Shown: positions 45,646 through 59,902, counted from the first letter of the stretch. The stretch is 64,000 nucleotides of DNA from Setoptus koraiensis (GCA_048013815.1 CM106585.1:22568001-22632000); one strand, 5' to 3'. A program made the numbers and translations. The notes: generated by a model not told the origin, from the sequence alone.

Positions 45646-48616
45646 TTGTTTAGTTTGTGTTATTCTGTTGCTGTTTGTAGTTGTTGGCGCTAATGCGTAA
45701 TATTGGCGAAACACGTTCACAAATACATCAGGTTAGGTTAAGTTAGGTTAGAGTTAGTTAAATTTACTTTTGATACTTTCACACTTGTGATAACCGCAAG
45801 TTCCTGTCTATTCAATTTTACACAGAGCAGCAACAACAACAGTAATGGCTTTGCATACATTATTTACCATCAAATGGCAGTCAATAATAACAGCATGATG
45901 TTAGCAATCATAATCAGAAAAGAAGAGAACTAGTTCTGCCTGATATAGCTGCTTTGACTAGTGTATTGTCAGAAGTAATAGTGCTGGTAGCAAAGAAGGG
46001 AAACAAACATCATTATTTTGCATATATCATTTATGTGGTACAAACATCTTTCCAATGTCCGAAATAGAGTTTGCTGTAGTTTATAGTACAGACCTATCAA
46101 CTATAGCAATAGTAGAAGATTTCTGTTTAGAGATAACGACTTCCGTCGAAGAAAATAGCCAACCATCGCTACCAGTGCGTATAGATCGCAATGACGGATG
46201 TTATGTGTTCTTTTTTCACTATCTATTTTCTTTTTTGGTGTTTGTTTGCAATCGTGGTGTCTAGTTGGTTTTGTTTGGGACACCAAAGAGTAGACTTACA
46301 ATTTTAGTTAGTTGCGGCTTACCACAACTATAAATATTTGTATGTAGCTCATAGTATACCCTTTGGCTATTAACCAGTGGCAAGTGACATAGGGTCGCGC
46401 CGTCAGTTATCTGAGCCTCTATTTACAACCAACTTTATCAATCAATTTCCCTGTATTTCACTATCAGACTATCACTAGATTGACTATATAATAATATGAC
46501 TATTTCATGCATATGTTTGATGGCTCGGAAACATTGATATTATTATCATTGTCGTCATCATTTTACAAATGATATGTATGATATAATTGACAACACGCAC
46601 ACACACACGCATTCAATATACTATAAACTAAACTATCTTGCCTTCAATCAAACCAATAGCCAGCCAGCTATTGTAGCCACGATTCGTCTAGTTTTTGGTG
46701 CAAATGGATGGGCAATGACTCCGGTCATTTAAATGTTGTTTTATCTCTTTATTGTTGTTATTGCGTAACTTGCTCTGTGGGTGTGAGTTGTTAGCCGCGT
46801 TGCAACAAATAATGGCGACACAAGGCCGGTCAAAGGAGTGAAACGACAAAGATGGAAAGGCAAACTTTTTTAGCGACGTGTTTATCACGTGTTCGAGATC
46901 TTATTTTTCATGTATATCCCTATAACTTTTTGTGCTTGATGCTGACTAACATCAACGACAGCTACAACTATAACAAATTGTACCAAATGCAATGCAGTTT
47001 GTGTGGAATTGGCTTTTTATTTCTATCTTCTCGGATCGCTTTGGGCCTCTGTCGGCTCTCAGAGAATCTTTTTTACACTGGCTCATTCAGATAGTGCTCT
47101 CTTTGTGTGTTGATATTGTTATTATACAGTGCCAGTTGAGATTGAGTCTTTGGTGTTGCAAATGCAATGGCTCATGCGGTTATCGCCACCAACCAACGAC
47201 CGTTATATCATACGTAGTTGTTGTGTAACAATACTAGTTGGCGAAATGTTGAGTCTAAGCGTCAGCCTATACACAGTAATAGGGTTAGTAATGGCCTACA
47301 TAATGACCATAATGATATGCATTAAGATGGTCAAATGATCTCTTTCACGATCAATAGTTGAACTATTTATTGCCATTAATGGACAGATATTTTTATTTTT
47401 ATTTTGTCTATCTCTTTACTAGCCACTCGCTGTGTCCCATTGCCAGCTATCTTATTGTTCGTCTAAAGTTTTGTTGTAGTTCAAGTCAAATGGCCCTTTC
47501 TTATGTCTGCGTTGGTCGCATCTCATTCACCATGTCTCTCCATCTAGTGAGGAGTGAGTCCCACTAGCAAACTGCCAAGACCTGTAGTGCTAGTCAGTGT
47601 AACCGCCAACAGACAAACAGACGATGATGGTGCCAGAGTAATGAAAGAGTAACCAGATCGCCGTCAATCTGATGCCAAATGTCAAAACGGAAGTGGCCTA
47701 TAATTCTCTCTCCCTCTCGCTGGCTCTTTATCTATTGAGCTTATGGCTTGTGGCTCATATGATAGAGATTGAGTTATATCAGCGAGTTGTATATTTATAA
47801 GTTGTTGGTGCTGTTATTATTACATATCTGTTAATAATAACTGTTCGCTTCTTGTCTGTGTGATTATCCAATGAACATTCAAATGGCACCCACGAGCACC
47901 TAAAGTGTGACAGTAATAGTTATACTGAACTGCTACCATACTGTAAGCGTTACTGCATAAGCCAATGTGTGATAACGGACACAAAAGTGTCCGTCGTTTT
48001 GTTGCATAATGTGCTCTTTGTTAAACATAAAAATCATATTGTGCGTATTTGTGTATAATGGGGCATGCAAGTCATGGTGTCATTATCGCCTATTTGCAAT
48101 TATCCGCTCAGTTTATTAGCAGCCATTTAGGCAACATTCAAATATATAATGTTGTTATTATAGCTATTGCAAATGGAATTATTTCAGCTAAGTGATCATG
48201 GACAAAAAATTAATTGTTTTGCCATGCATCTTGAGCTTGAAATGTGTGATATGTTTAGTTGAGAGTATCTCTCAACTACAGAGGGATATCTATCTCAAGT
48301 GAGTAGAATTGGTACGTGTATGTAACGCTCATACTATTGGATAGTGTTTGAATTGCAAACAATACTATCACTTTAATATATCATATTGTCTTTTAATTTC
48401 GCTTGTTGTGTAACGCACCATTATTAAATTAAATTTATTTTCTCTTAAATTTCTTCCTTAAAGTGGCGCCACCCAAGTGTCAGTGTCTTCTCACAAACAA
48501 TTGGCACTGTCAAACAATCAAACGAAATTCGCTCGCTCTGTCCCGAGTTCAATCTTTTTCATTGTTTGTGTTCACATCCATTGAGTAAAGTGACTTGTGG
48601 CATTTTGCTCACTGCC

Positions 48617-48681
48617 GACTGACTGACTGACTGACTGACTACTGTCGTTTGAGAGCCAACCAGTCAGTCAGTCAGTCAGTC
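48617..48681. repeat. Inverted tetranucleotide microsatellites (GACT)6 ... (AGTC)5
   Basis: Read directly. The two arms are reverse complements separated by 21 bp. Confidence 0.9.
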
Positions 48682-51520
48682 AAATACAATGTTTGCTTGT
48701 AATACAATAGAGGAGAAAAAGAATGGTTTGGTGACAGTGATATAAATGATAAAAATAATATATATTTAATATGTTCAGTCGAGAGTTATAATGCAGCACA
48801 TAGCGACTTTGTCTCTACTTATGTGTGTGTGTGCGTTGTTTCTTTTCAAGATATTTCCCATATCGCCCTTATATCCGACCTATTATTGCGACTAGTCATC
48901 GTATGCACATGCTTGATATAAGGAACATATAAACAAGGGAGACAGGCTGAGAGAAAGCCACAAAAAAACATGTCATGTCCCACTTGATTTGGGTATATTT
49001 CGCCATGTGCCACCTCTATTGTTACTACGCTAGCAATTGTAACACTAATAAAAGAGACACCACCAAAGATACCTAGATAAGATAAGATAGATTAGAGAGA
49101 TTAGCATATGATATGAATTCTAATTCGATGTTTGCTGCTCGATGCGTGAGAATACATTTAGATTTGGATTCAAATTCAGATTTATATCTATATTTATATT
49201 ATATTATATCTATATCTAAATTATATTGTAAGTGTAATTCAAATATGTGTTTGTGTGTGTCCAACAACAAATATCTACTTTCATTACAGTTGTTCTCCGC
49301 TAGGCGCAAAGCGTATCATAAAGGATGACTGCTTTGGGGTATTCATCTAGCGGTTTGTTGTCGCTAGACGAATTGTAGCCAGGCAAATAGCATACGAGGC
49401 ATATAGCGACTTTTGGCTCACTCTTGTCTAATCGTCTAACACTGTTAATGTGCCAATTGCATAGTTGTTGTGCTCGCTAAACACCACACATACACTTTTG
49501 CTGCTAGCTGCTGGCTGCTGGCTGCTAGCAGTGAACGGAATAGAAAGAGAATTTTCCAATTCGAGAATTCTTTGCTTCAGTTTGCTATTTATATATAAAT
49601 GGATATAAGTGAATAATTGAATAATTCGTAGTAGTTGTCGCTGTCTCTGTTGCTGTTGTTGCGCACAATGGCATTGCGGCGTATATGTACAAAGAATTAA
49701 GACATGGATGAAGGAGAAACTTTTTCAACCATGACAACTAGACTGTCGCCTACACTCAAGAATCTGCCGCAATTTTCATTCACATATTTGCACTACTATG
49801 ACCACTGCAACAATTACAACAACCGTTCTATTACATACAACAAGTATGTAATAATATAGTATACGACAGGAAGAGATAGTTGTACAGATAGATCTGCTTG
49901 CAGTGCGAGTTTTCGGGCCCCGCTAAAAGAGGGCGCACAACAAACTTTTCTCTCATGCAAGCTCTCAATAGATGGAGACTATTGTGTTTCAGGGCCAACA
50001 GACAAGCTTATGTATTAAATAAAATAAAATTGTGCTATGTTTAGCCCGACTGATGATAAGAGAATGAGATGTAACACTCACTACAAATCGCATTATTGAA
50101 TTGAATGCAACAGCAACAACATTCTAACATATAATTCTAATCTGTGTGCTTTTTTGGCTCGGCTCGTCACGTCACATCATAATACGAGTTTAATTCTTTT
50201 GCATCACACACTGTTGTTGTATCTCATGTTTGAGCAGATTTTCAGTCAATTGTTGTCTAACAACTTTATCTTTTGTACTTGTATATCTCGCTCTCTCTGT
50301 TAAGCAGTTACAAGCTATATCAGTCACGAGCTACAAGATTGCAAATTGAACAACAGTTGAGTTTATCCGAGCGATGCGACAATTGTTTGTTTGTAAGTTT
50401 GTGTCTTAATCACACAAACTGACTTTGTTTGTTTGTTTGTATGCACAACATATAGTACATGTAATACATACTGTCTTGAGCAGTAGATATTAGAGCAATA
50501 ACGACAATACGAGACAAAAGATGCAGATTATCTCATCTCATCTTTAACCTGTCACCTCTGGCTGCCACTAGCAGCGCCCCCAGCAAAACGGCTGAAGCCA
50601 CTCGCTGCAATTGGGAGACAAGCAGCTCGAGCGTTTCATTGGGCCAACTAAGTAACTAATTAATCAGGCTTATCTATTGTTGATGCAGTTTATGCAAAAT
50701 GAGCAAAATAGCTCGCATTCGTTGACGCCTAGCGTGCCTATCAATCAAGTCGTCAGCAATATCGCACACTCCTGTCTAATGGCCAGATTATCAACTCTCA
50801 AGTCAATTGTGTGATTTAGTGCCAAACTGACAGTTTTGTGAAAATATTCAAAACAATGTACTAACGTGTTTAATTACTAGCTTGCTGTTGCAACAGTTAC
50901 AATTAGCCACTCTAGATATTCACACATGAATTTGGCCGCCGGCAAGCGATTCGTAAGCGTGCACTTTGGACGAGAACAACAAGTCGTTGTGTTGTGCTCG
51001 GCGACGATTTCTTTGTTGTCGTCGTTGTCGTCGATGTTGGCGTTGTTGTCGGCGTTGTCGGCGTTGTCGGCGTTGTCGTCGATGTCGGCGTTGTTGGCGT
51101 CGCTGTCGTTTGATCGCGCAAACGATATGATGCAAAATGAAATGTTGTCGCTGTGATTGTTGCAGTTGTGGCGACAGAGACACGTTCACTTGTCCATTGT
51201 GACAGTTAGATTAACATCGATCGGATGCGCAATAGCTAATAGTCACGAGCCATCTATCTATATCTGGACAGACCGACAGACACACGTTCGGCTCGGTTGG
51301 CCGACCAACAGATGAGGCCCAACAACAAAGGACAAGTCGTGAATAGTGGTCAGCGGATATATTCATATTGGTTGCATTGCAACGGGCTCTTGTCAAATAT
51401 CACGCCTGAAATCACGTTGTGTTTGCTCTATCTATCAATCTCGACTTTTCATCTTGCTCATTGTAAAACTGTTTATGAGTGTGAGCTGTACAACAGCCAA
51501 CAATTGTGTGCAAAGTTGAC

Positions 51521-51572
51521 ACCGACAACACTGACGCCTCGGACGACACCGACGCCTCGGACGACACCGACA
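51521..51572. repeat. 18-bp tandem repeat (GACGCCTCGGACGACACC)
   Basis: Two or more copies read directly. Confidence 0.75.
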
Positions 51573-52243
51573 GCCACAAAGATAATGGGGCCAACAACAA
51601 TGGCTCAGCGCGAATTCGCGCACAGTTGGGCTACCATTGTGAGCATTGTGTGAGCATTGTGAGCAGTGTGAGCAGTGTGAGCATTGTGAGCAGTGTGAGC
51701 ATTGTGCGCGTCGTGGGCATTGTGAGTCACAATTGTGAGCAGTGCGTCACGATGCAAAAGTGCACAAGTGTGACACAATTGGCACAGTTGTTGCAATCAT
51801 TATCTTATCTTATTATTATTATCATTGTATTGTGCTGTCCAATGAATTGTGTGTATGCGCGTTATTAGTGTTATAACACGTTACCGTTATTCACTATCTA
51901 TATTATTTCTGACAGGTTGTAAAGTTGCACGTTGCGCGTGCACTATGGTTAGCTATGGTTGCAATTAGCTGCTGCTAACTGACTGACTGTCAGCGCACAA
52001 TGGCCAGCGACGGCCAGCGGCGGCCAACAATCGGCGGCCAAGTCGAGCACAACAAAGTATTGATACGTATATTTCTATTGGATCGGTTTCATTAGATTTT
52101 GCGAATTGAATGCATCAGCGGCGCAATATTCACATTCATGTCAAGGCGAGTCGCGCCACATTGTCGGGCTGGCCATTTTGTCAAGTAGCGTCACTGGCAC
52201 ACAATACAAATCACACAACCACCATCTGATGCGTGGGGATGTG

Positions 52244-52291
52244 CGCGGATATGCGCGGATATTCGCGGACATTCGCGGATATTCGCGGATA
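52244..52291. repeat. 10-bp tandem array with CGCGGATA core, 5 units
   Basis: Cores at 52244, 52254, 52264 (variant), 52274 and 52284. Confidence 0.9.
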
Positions 52292-53345
52292 TGTGGTGAT
52301 ACGAGGGGATATTTCGTGATACGAGGGGATGTTTGGTGGCAAGAAGCACAAAGAATCATAATGATTATCTGTGTGTGTGTCTATTGTCAACCATCTATAC
52401 AGTCTATACAGTACATATAGTCAGTACATACAGTTGCGCACACAAACAGTGGCGTGCAACAAACAACAAATAGCAACCATCAAGCGACTTAGCAACGACT
52501 CCGCTAACGACCCTATAGAGCACAATTGTTTGTATGCGCATTTGCCAGCAGCAGCATTCTCTCATTTGCCTCAGCACATTTGCTATAATGGACAAAATGG
52601 CGCTATAGTCGCTATAGTCGCTATACCGTCTGTTTCACTGTATTGTGTTGCATTGAAGCATTTATCATGTTATGTGTCCAATTGTCATTGTTGTCCATAT
52701 CTATTCATCGACTTGTTGTTACTTGTGCTTGTTATATGCTCGCCATGTCATGTCGTCTCCGTCTGAATACTATCATTAGCGAGCCCACTATTAGCGGTCT
52801 TCCACATCCACATCCACAACACATCATTGGGATAATTCGCGACCGAGCGAGCTCATTGTTTGGCCACTGTGTGCCACCGATCAGCTAGCATAAGATTGTT
52901 CCGGTTTAGTCGCCACTAGTCGCCACTAGTCGCTAGGTGCCTCTCCATCTATAGTTTCGTGGCACCACTTACAGAGGGCGCTTGCATGCTACACTAACAA
53001 AACCATGCCCACCGCCATACCACAAATCTAATTAGTCTCACACTGGTGGCCAACATTGCAAACACAATATAAGTTATTATCATAGTTGCTGCCATTTAAG
53101 GTCGCACCAAGCCACTCACTCACTAACTACTCACCATGAAATAGACGAGATTAACACTAATTGATTGTCCTCTACCTGTGTTATCGACATACACAGCCTT
53201 TCTAGGTGATGATTGTGTGTGTGTGTCGATAATATTATGATCGGCACTAATGATCGACTTGGGCTGTTAACGGCGCGCAGAAAAGGTTACGGCTCATGGC
53301 TTACATAACTTGTGTGAGTTATGACTGCGAGTCACAAGCCATGAG

Positions 53346-53463
53346 GCACAACAACAACAACAACGACAACAACAACAACAGCAACGACAACAACAACAAC
53401 AACAACGACGACGACGACAACAACAACAACAGAAACGACGACAAGACAAACACAAACAACGAC
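53346..53463. repeat. (CAA/CGA)n trinucleotide microsatellite
   Basis: Read directly. Confidence 0.9.
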
Positions 53464-55858
53464 AAGTCGTCGTGCCAGAGACAGTGAGCGCGTGGTTGCA
53501 TTGACATTGCAAGAGAAGATAATCAATCACTTGCGAGCGCCTCTAAATAAAGCTCGTTGCAGGCTGTTGATCGGGCCGCGTTGACTTTGCGGTTCAATGC
53601 AACTGATGAGGCCACGTTCCGTTTGTGTGTTTGCCAACGATAATTATTTCCATTTCTTTTCACTGTTCACAATGGCCATTTTCAGCCTACCTAATGAAGG
53701 CGCCTAGCGACTTGAGTGAGTTTGTTTGGCTTACGTGAGCGCGTGCCCGCCGCCAACAACCACACACAACAATCAACCAATTAACTAATAATATCTCATA
53801 TATCTTGTTTATTGCATATCTCAGTGTATACTTGAGCTAAAACACGTACCAATTTGCATGTTTGTCGTCCAATGCAAGCAAAGTATTTTGTATGTCTACG
53901 GGCCAATCCAATGGGCTGTTGCAATGAGTCACAATGGGCCAGTTTTTCACGTTTTGTCTCTGGCAAAACGGCCAATTTCTGGTTGACGAGATTTCTCAAA
54001 TATTACAAACCAAGTGTATAAACCGAGTCACTTGGTTTATCTGCAGTCACTCGGTCCGAGTGTATGCAGTGAATTGTGACTGACAGAAGCACAATCGGCA
54101 TACGGTTGTGATTTAGATGAAAAGATTGATGGCTGTGCACACTGACTAGCCAACACTAAATTGCAGATTATTGTCTCTCGAGTGGAGAGTCTCAAGTGAG
54201 ACAAGTGCCATCACGCTCATCATATCGCACCAAACAATGAACAAAATACCACAAAATAGTATGTGTGACCGACCGTTTGTTGGTTATTCACACCCAAACG
54301 ACGACGAATGCTTGTTGATGCAAATGGGCTTATATAGCGCGTACATAAGCCGTCTATCGTGTATGTCGTGTATATCGTGCGGTCTACCTAGAGAATCTCT
54401 AGTAGAGAATCTCTAGTAGAGATGTCGGCAGTTATTATATTGTATACAGTTGTTGTTATTTATTCAACTTTAATTAGCCAATTCATTTTTGCATGCATGC
54501 GTGCCAATGATGAGACTACTTAATTAAATTAAACTCATACTTGTGTGTGTTCTCGTTGCTTTGTTTGCAATGATAACTACATTTGCACTACATTTCTAAT
54601 GCAAGTTGGTTGGCATCTCGAGCCAACTAACATGCAGCAATATCTGACACGACTTTGTTTCAATTAATTCAAACTTGAGTTCAAGTCGCTGCTAAACTCT
54701 CTCTTAGATGCTCTCTCTCTTAGATGCCATATAGCACATTCATATAAATTGCAGTGTGCATTCGACAGAGTGTTGTGTGACGATATGGACAGTTGTCGTT
54801 TGTGTTGCGACAGCAGCAACAGCAACAGCAACAACTCAACAAGAAGCCCCAACAGACGGCAACAAACGGCATGCAAATAAGCACCGACTCAACTCGCTAT
54901 AACTGCAACCAACAAACGATAACAATAATACAAATAGTACAAATAGCACAAATAGCACAAATACGTCAAGTGACAGCTGACTTTTTCACTTGATGATTCT
55001 CTTGTTGAAATGATTTTGATTTACAACGAAAATGAGCTCATTTCCTTTAGTCTGGCTAATTTTACTTTGTACTAATCAATTGAGCGGCCATGAGGCCACC
55101 ATTAGCATTGGAGCATGGCACGAGCTCGTCATGCTCATACCACTAATGATGATTATTATCATGCTCATGTCGCTGGTCGTCGCTGTCGGCGTCGGCGTCG
55201 TTGTCGGACAGTGAAGCACTCGTTTGGTCACTCGTTGCTCTTGGTCTGATGACTTGAGAAATGTCGCAAAACTGTCACACAAACAAGTCGTCAGTTGTCA
55301 GTTGCGAACGAAACTTTCTAAACTTGATTCCACTTCTTGTGTGCGCAGTGATTCAATTGAATAGTGAAATCATCTCTTTCTCACGTTGCGCGTGCACGTC
55401 ACGTGAATTCAATTCCATCCCATTCTAATCCATGAATTGTGACAATTACATTACAAATGTCATTGCAAATGTAAACTCAATTGAGAATGGTCGCACACTA
55501 ATCATTGCTCATGGTCGACTATTCACGCGTGAATTTACTATTCACCTACATAGGTAGATGCGCATTATGGCTGGACAATCACAATGTATAATTTTTTTTT
55601 GATCAGTTTTTGGCAGTGTTAAAAGTTGAACTGGGCCTGATAATTAGCTTAACAATTGTGCCGACTGTAACAAAACAAAATGCACGTGTATAAAGTTTAT
55701 ATCTGGTGTGGCGCGCAATTATTGTCCCTATAAATTGTTTGCGAGCATCTATCAACACTCGCATGGTTGCCTTTTTTGTTATGTCTCTAACAAACCAATT
55801 GTTTTGCTGTATCTAATGTGCGCTATGTGCACTTGATCTCAGCTATTGATCACATTGT

Positions 55859-55917
55859 GCCGGCCATGTTTGTGTCGCCAATGTGACATAATGTTGGCGA
55901 CACAAACACTGGCCAGC
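55859..55917. other. Pre-miRNA-like hairpin (~23-bp stem, 12-nt loop)
   Basis: TGTTTGTGTCGCCAA pairs perfectly with TTGGCGACACAAACA, extended by GCCGGCCA/TGGCCAGC. Confidence 0.6.
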
Positions 55918-56516
55918 TTCAACCAGGCATCAGCCAGCTGAGAGTCAGCATATATTGTAACGTTAGCAACGTATTAGAGGCTAACAGTTGACTCAACGAA
56001 TCGAGTACAATAACTAAATGGGTTACATAATAGATGAGATAGATCGGTTCGGCTTGGTTGAGCTTAATTGAAAATTAATTAATACTCCATCTAGCCATTA
56101 ATTGGTCATTTGAATATTGTCTATTGAATATTTGCATGCGCGCTATTTACAACAACACTTAGTCTTGATACTATCAAGTTGATGGCATAAAGCGAGCTAT
56201 CTATGTTTAGCGTTACGTAAAGCATTTTGCACAGTGTTGCGCAGAGTGTTGTGCAGAGTGTTGTGTTGGTCTCAGCTAGCTGGCCTCACTTACCAACTGA
56301 TGGGCAAGCCTGGCTAGTCGGTTCGTCTTCTTTTGGGGCGCCCTTTTTGTCCACAAACAACAGACAATTTGAGAAGGGGCTACGTTGGCGATCATTAAAC
56401 TCTTGTCATGTTGTCTATAGTTGAATGAAGCAGAAGAGTCATTACATAAGCAACACATTGGCCACTGCCATCACTGCCAGTGCCCATGACACTATTTGCA
56501 GCATTATGCGCACCAC

Positions 56517-56560
56517 TATCCGCGGCACTATCCGCGCCATTATCCGCGGCATTATCCGCG
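56517..56560. repeat. 12-bp tandem array with TATCCGCG core, 4 units
   Basis: Cores at 56517, 56529, 56541 and 56553. Confidence 0.9.
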
Positions 56561-56991
56561 GCCACTATCGTGTTTATAGTGGCAAGAAATAGCGACACAA
56601 CAATTAGAGTTTATGAGGGTCACATCGAACGCATCAACTAATTGATTTGCTGGCTTGTCGTTGGTTTGTTTTGTTTTGTGCTGTGCTGTGTCTGAGTGAT
56701 GTGACCAGATTTGTATCACATGGATATATCATGGCCATGCATTTGTATCAATAACTACCTATATGATGATGACAATCTTTGGCTTATTCTCGTAACAACT
56801 TAATTTCAATTTCAATTTCTATTCTAATTTTAATTTCAGATTTTCAGATTTAACCAGATTTAACACCAGTTTAACACTAACCACAACCAACAATCTTATT
56901 TTTCTTTCTGTTGTTACCTAACGATAATCATCACTATACTGTATAATTGGTTATATATAATACCATACAAATCATTAGCGTAAGCTCGTGG

Positions 56992-57470
56992 ATGGCAAAC
57001 CTAAAAGACTGGCTACCAAGCGTGCAAGAATCAAGCAACAAACTCAATGTGGCCCCATATCACTCACAATATCTCTTTTTCGACACAAGCTCAACAGAAC
57101 AATCATTGGATGGCGCCGATTCGCGATCATTTAATGGCGCCTTCGATGACGCAACACAAAGTAAAACAGTATTTGATACAGACACTTTATTATATAATAC
57201 CTACGCTGGCGACACAACAACAAGTGCCACCGGATTTGATTTGAAGCAACTATTTCGAGCCATTCAAATGCTTATTATTGGCACCATAAAGGACTTTGCT
57301 CATTTATTTTGGCATACATTCACCACCTGTCAGGGCTGTGACGGCTTGTGCGTTCGCTGGCCGTGGGCCCGCCAAACCTACTGTGAGTATACCTATCACT
57401 ACAACGACACTGCCTACAAACAGTTACATCGAGCTGCATATACAAATATATCGTCGAGTATAGACAGTTG
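56992..57470 (+). CDS. Candidate coding exon of an unidentified gene
   Basis: A 159-codon non-repetitive open frame from an ATG, ending at TG|GTAAGA, in otherwise repeat-rich DNA. No motif recognised. Confidence 0.3.
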
Positions 57471-59135
57471 GTAAGATCATCATCATCATTATTATCACGG
57501 TGCGCGTTATATGAGATGATTAGTTTTTGTTTGCAATTTGAACAACACAGCGCAACATTTGAGCAACATTTGAGCATATTTTGACATTTGAATTTACTCA
57601 CAACAGTCAGCGAAAAGAAGAATGTCTCAACGAGCAACTTGCTGGCATACGCAACTGCTCATGATTGTTATATTGTTCAACTGGCTGCCTCACTAGTGGC
57701 TCCCTCTCTGCCTCTCACCCGACGCACTCTTTATATATGCGCAACTGTATATATACAAGTGTGCAATATCCGTTATACTGTCATCCATTGGAGGCCGTTG
57801 GACGCCATTGGTTTCGAATTGGAATGGAATTTGTGTTTTTGTTCGAGCGAGAGAATCGATTGGGGGAGCAACATTGAAAAAAAGGTTGAACGAGAGGCGT
57901 TCGAGGCAGCTCACCGAATTGAATGAAACGAATCAAAGTGTTGCCATTGAATATTTGTATTCTTTTTGAGCCGTCTAATCTCAATTGTTACGTTGTTGTT
58001 GGCGCTGTTGTTGTTGTTGTTGCTGCTGTTGTTGCTGTTGTAGATAGAATGGTGTTGTCGGCATCGTTGATACACGCCGACACACACACACACAACAGAA
58101 CAGATCCGTTGAACAGATCAGACAGACGCAGACAACAAACGTGTGTGTGTGTGTGTGTGTGTTGGAACGAGTATAGAGAAAGAGATAACGATGCGTCGGG
58201 CACGAACTGTTAGTCGCGAACGGAGCTATGCTAAATGAGCTGCAGCACTGAGATCACTGTTGCCACTCTCACTGCGAAGGGGACCGAGCGAGAAGCGAGC
58301 GAGAGGCGAGCGAGAAGGGCACTGAGTGAGCCATCTGAGAGCTCGCTACTGACTCACAAGCAGCAGCCAGCGGAGGCAAAGAAGCAAAGAATTGTAAGAA
58401 AAAATTTAATGGATCTTTAGTGCGCAACTGAGCCAGTCAGCATCAATAAAAGAAGCGAGCGACGAGTCTAGCCAGAAACGGCACAACGAGAGAGAAAGAA
58501 GAGACAGTTAGACAGACAAAGCGACGAGAGAAGAGAGGCCAAAGAGAGGGGCCCGAGCGCGGGGGCCGACAGAAGGGGCCAAGATGCGAGCGAAAGGGGA
58601 AGTGGCAAAAAGAAGTGTGTTTTTTCCTCTTTTGTCCTCTGCTGATCGCAACACCGTGGCCACTGTTTGGGGACCCTCAGCCAGCCAGCCAGCAAGTCAG
58701 TCAGTCAGCCAGGCCGGCGCATTTGTAGTTGGCGATAAAAAACAGCCCACCGAAACGAAACGAAACGCTTTGTTTGTGCATCTCGTCGGTCTGTATCGAT
58801 TTCATTGGAAATATGCGCATGTTAGAGAGGCCCACTTGAAGTAGCTATCACTCGAACGTCTATATATCTGGCAAGTTGGGGCCCCGTCAGCCCGCCGGCC
58901 CGCCAGCTAGCCAGCCAACCGTATGTCACGTGTTGGGTATGACATGTGATTGGTTTGCAGTGCGTAGAGTGAACAAGTCAATCAGTATGTTTGTTGGCGT
59001 TTGTTCAATTTTGTTGATTGGCCACCTTGCGTGAGAACGGCAAAACCAGAAACTGCAGCGGCAACCGGCATTTGGCACGGGCATTTGCCACAAATGGCAA
59101 TACATTGTTGCAAATGCCCGTGTGGAATTTCGAAC

Positions 59136-59225
59136 GCCCAACAAATGCGAACCGAATGCCCAACAAATGCGAACCGAATGCCCAACGAATGCAAACCGAA
59201 TGCCCAACGAATGCAAACCGAATGC
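59136..59225. repeat. 22-bp minisatellite (GCCCAAC[A/G]AATGC[G/A]AACCGAAT) x4
   Basis: Units at 59136, 59158, 59180 and 59202. Confidence 0.9.
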
Positions 59226-59859
59226 AAAACAAATGAATATGCGAAACTTCTCAGCGTATCTGAGATTGAACTTGATGCAATTGTCTCGGTTTGGGACTTG
59301 ATGCAACAAACTGTGTGCCGTGGCAATGATAGTAATAATGGCGATAATAATAATAATAATAGATTAAGGGATTTGTTTGCTGTATGACTGACTGGCGCGC
59401 CGCTCTATATGTTATATGCTGTGTGTGTTATGTAACATAGGTGCCACTTGTATCATACAAGTTGCACGACGAGACTGGATGAGACTTTTGTGAGACTCGA
59501 GTGAGACTTGAGTGAGAGTCGCGCGAGAGCGGCCAACGCGAAAGCCGTCGGCTGGCCGGCGAGATGAGTTGTTGTTGTTGTTGTTGTTGTTGGTTGTGTG
59601 GATGAATGATCTCAGTATGTGATTTGAGGCTGACCAAGCAACTCAAAGGCAACACCACTTATGTAATAACGACAAGCGATGCTTGTGTCTCATTGCAAAA
59701 TGGCAACTAGCTTGAGTTGTTGCCGCTGCCAAACGTCGCGCAGGCTTGTCTGGCCCCATGCCCAGATGGTTGCTATTAAATATAGATAATGCTCGCCAGT
59801 TCGCGTACTTACTCGACACTTGTTCACTTTGTTACACTAACGGGCCCCATGCTCGCAAA

Positions 59860-59861
<2 letters not shown>

Positions 59862-59902
<41 letters not shown>
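59862..59902. repeat. (CA)n dinucleotide microsatellite, about 20 units
   Basis: Read directly. Confidence 0.95.
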
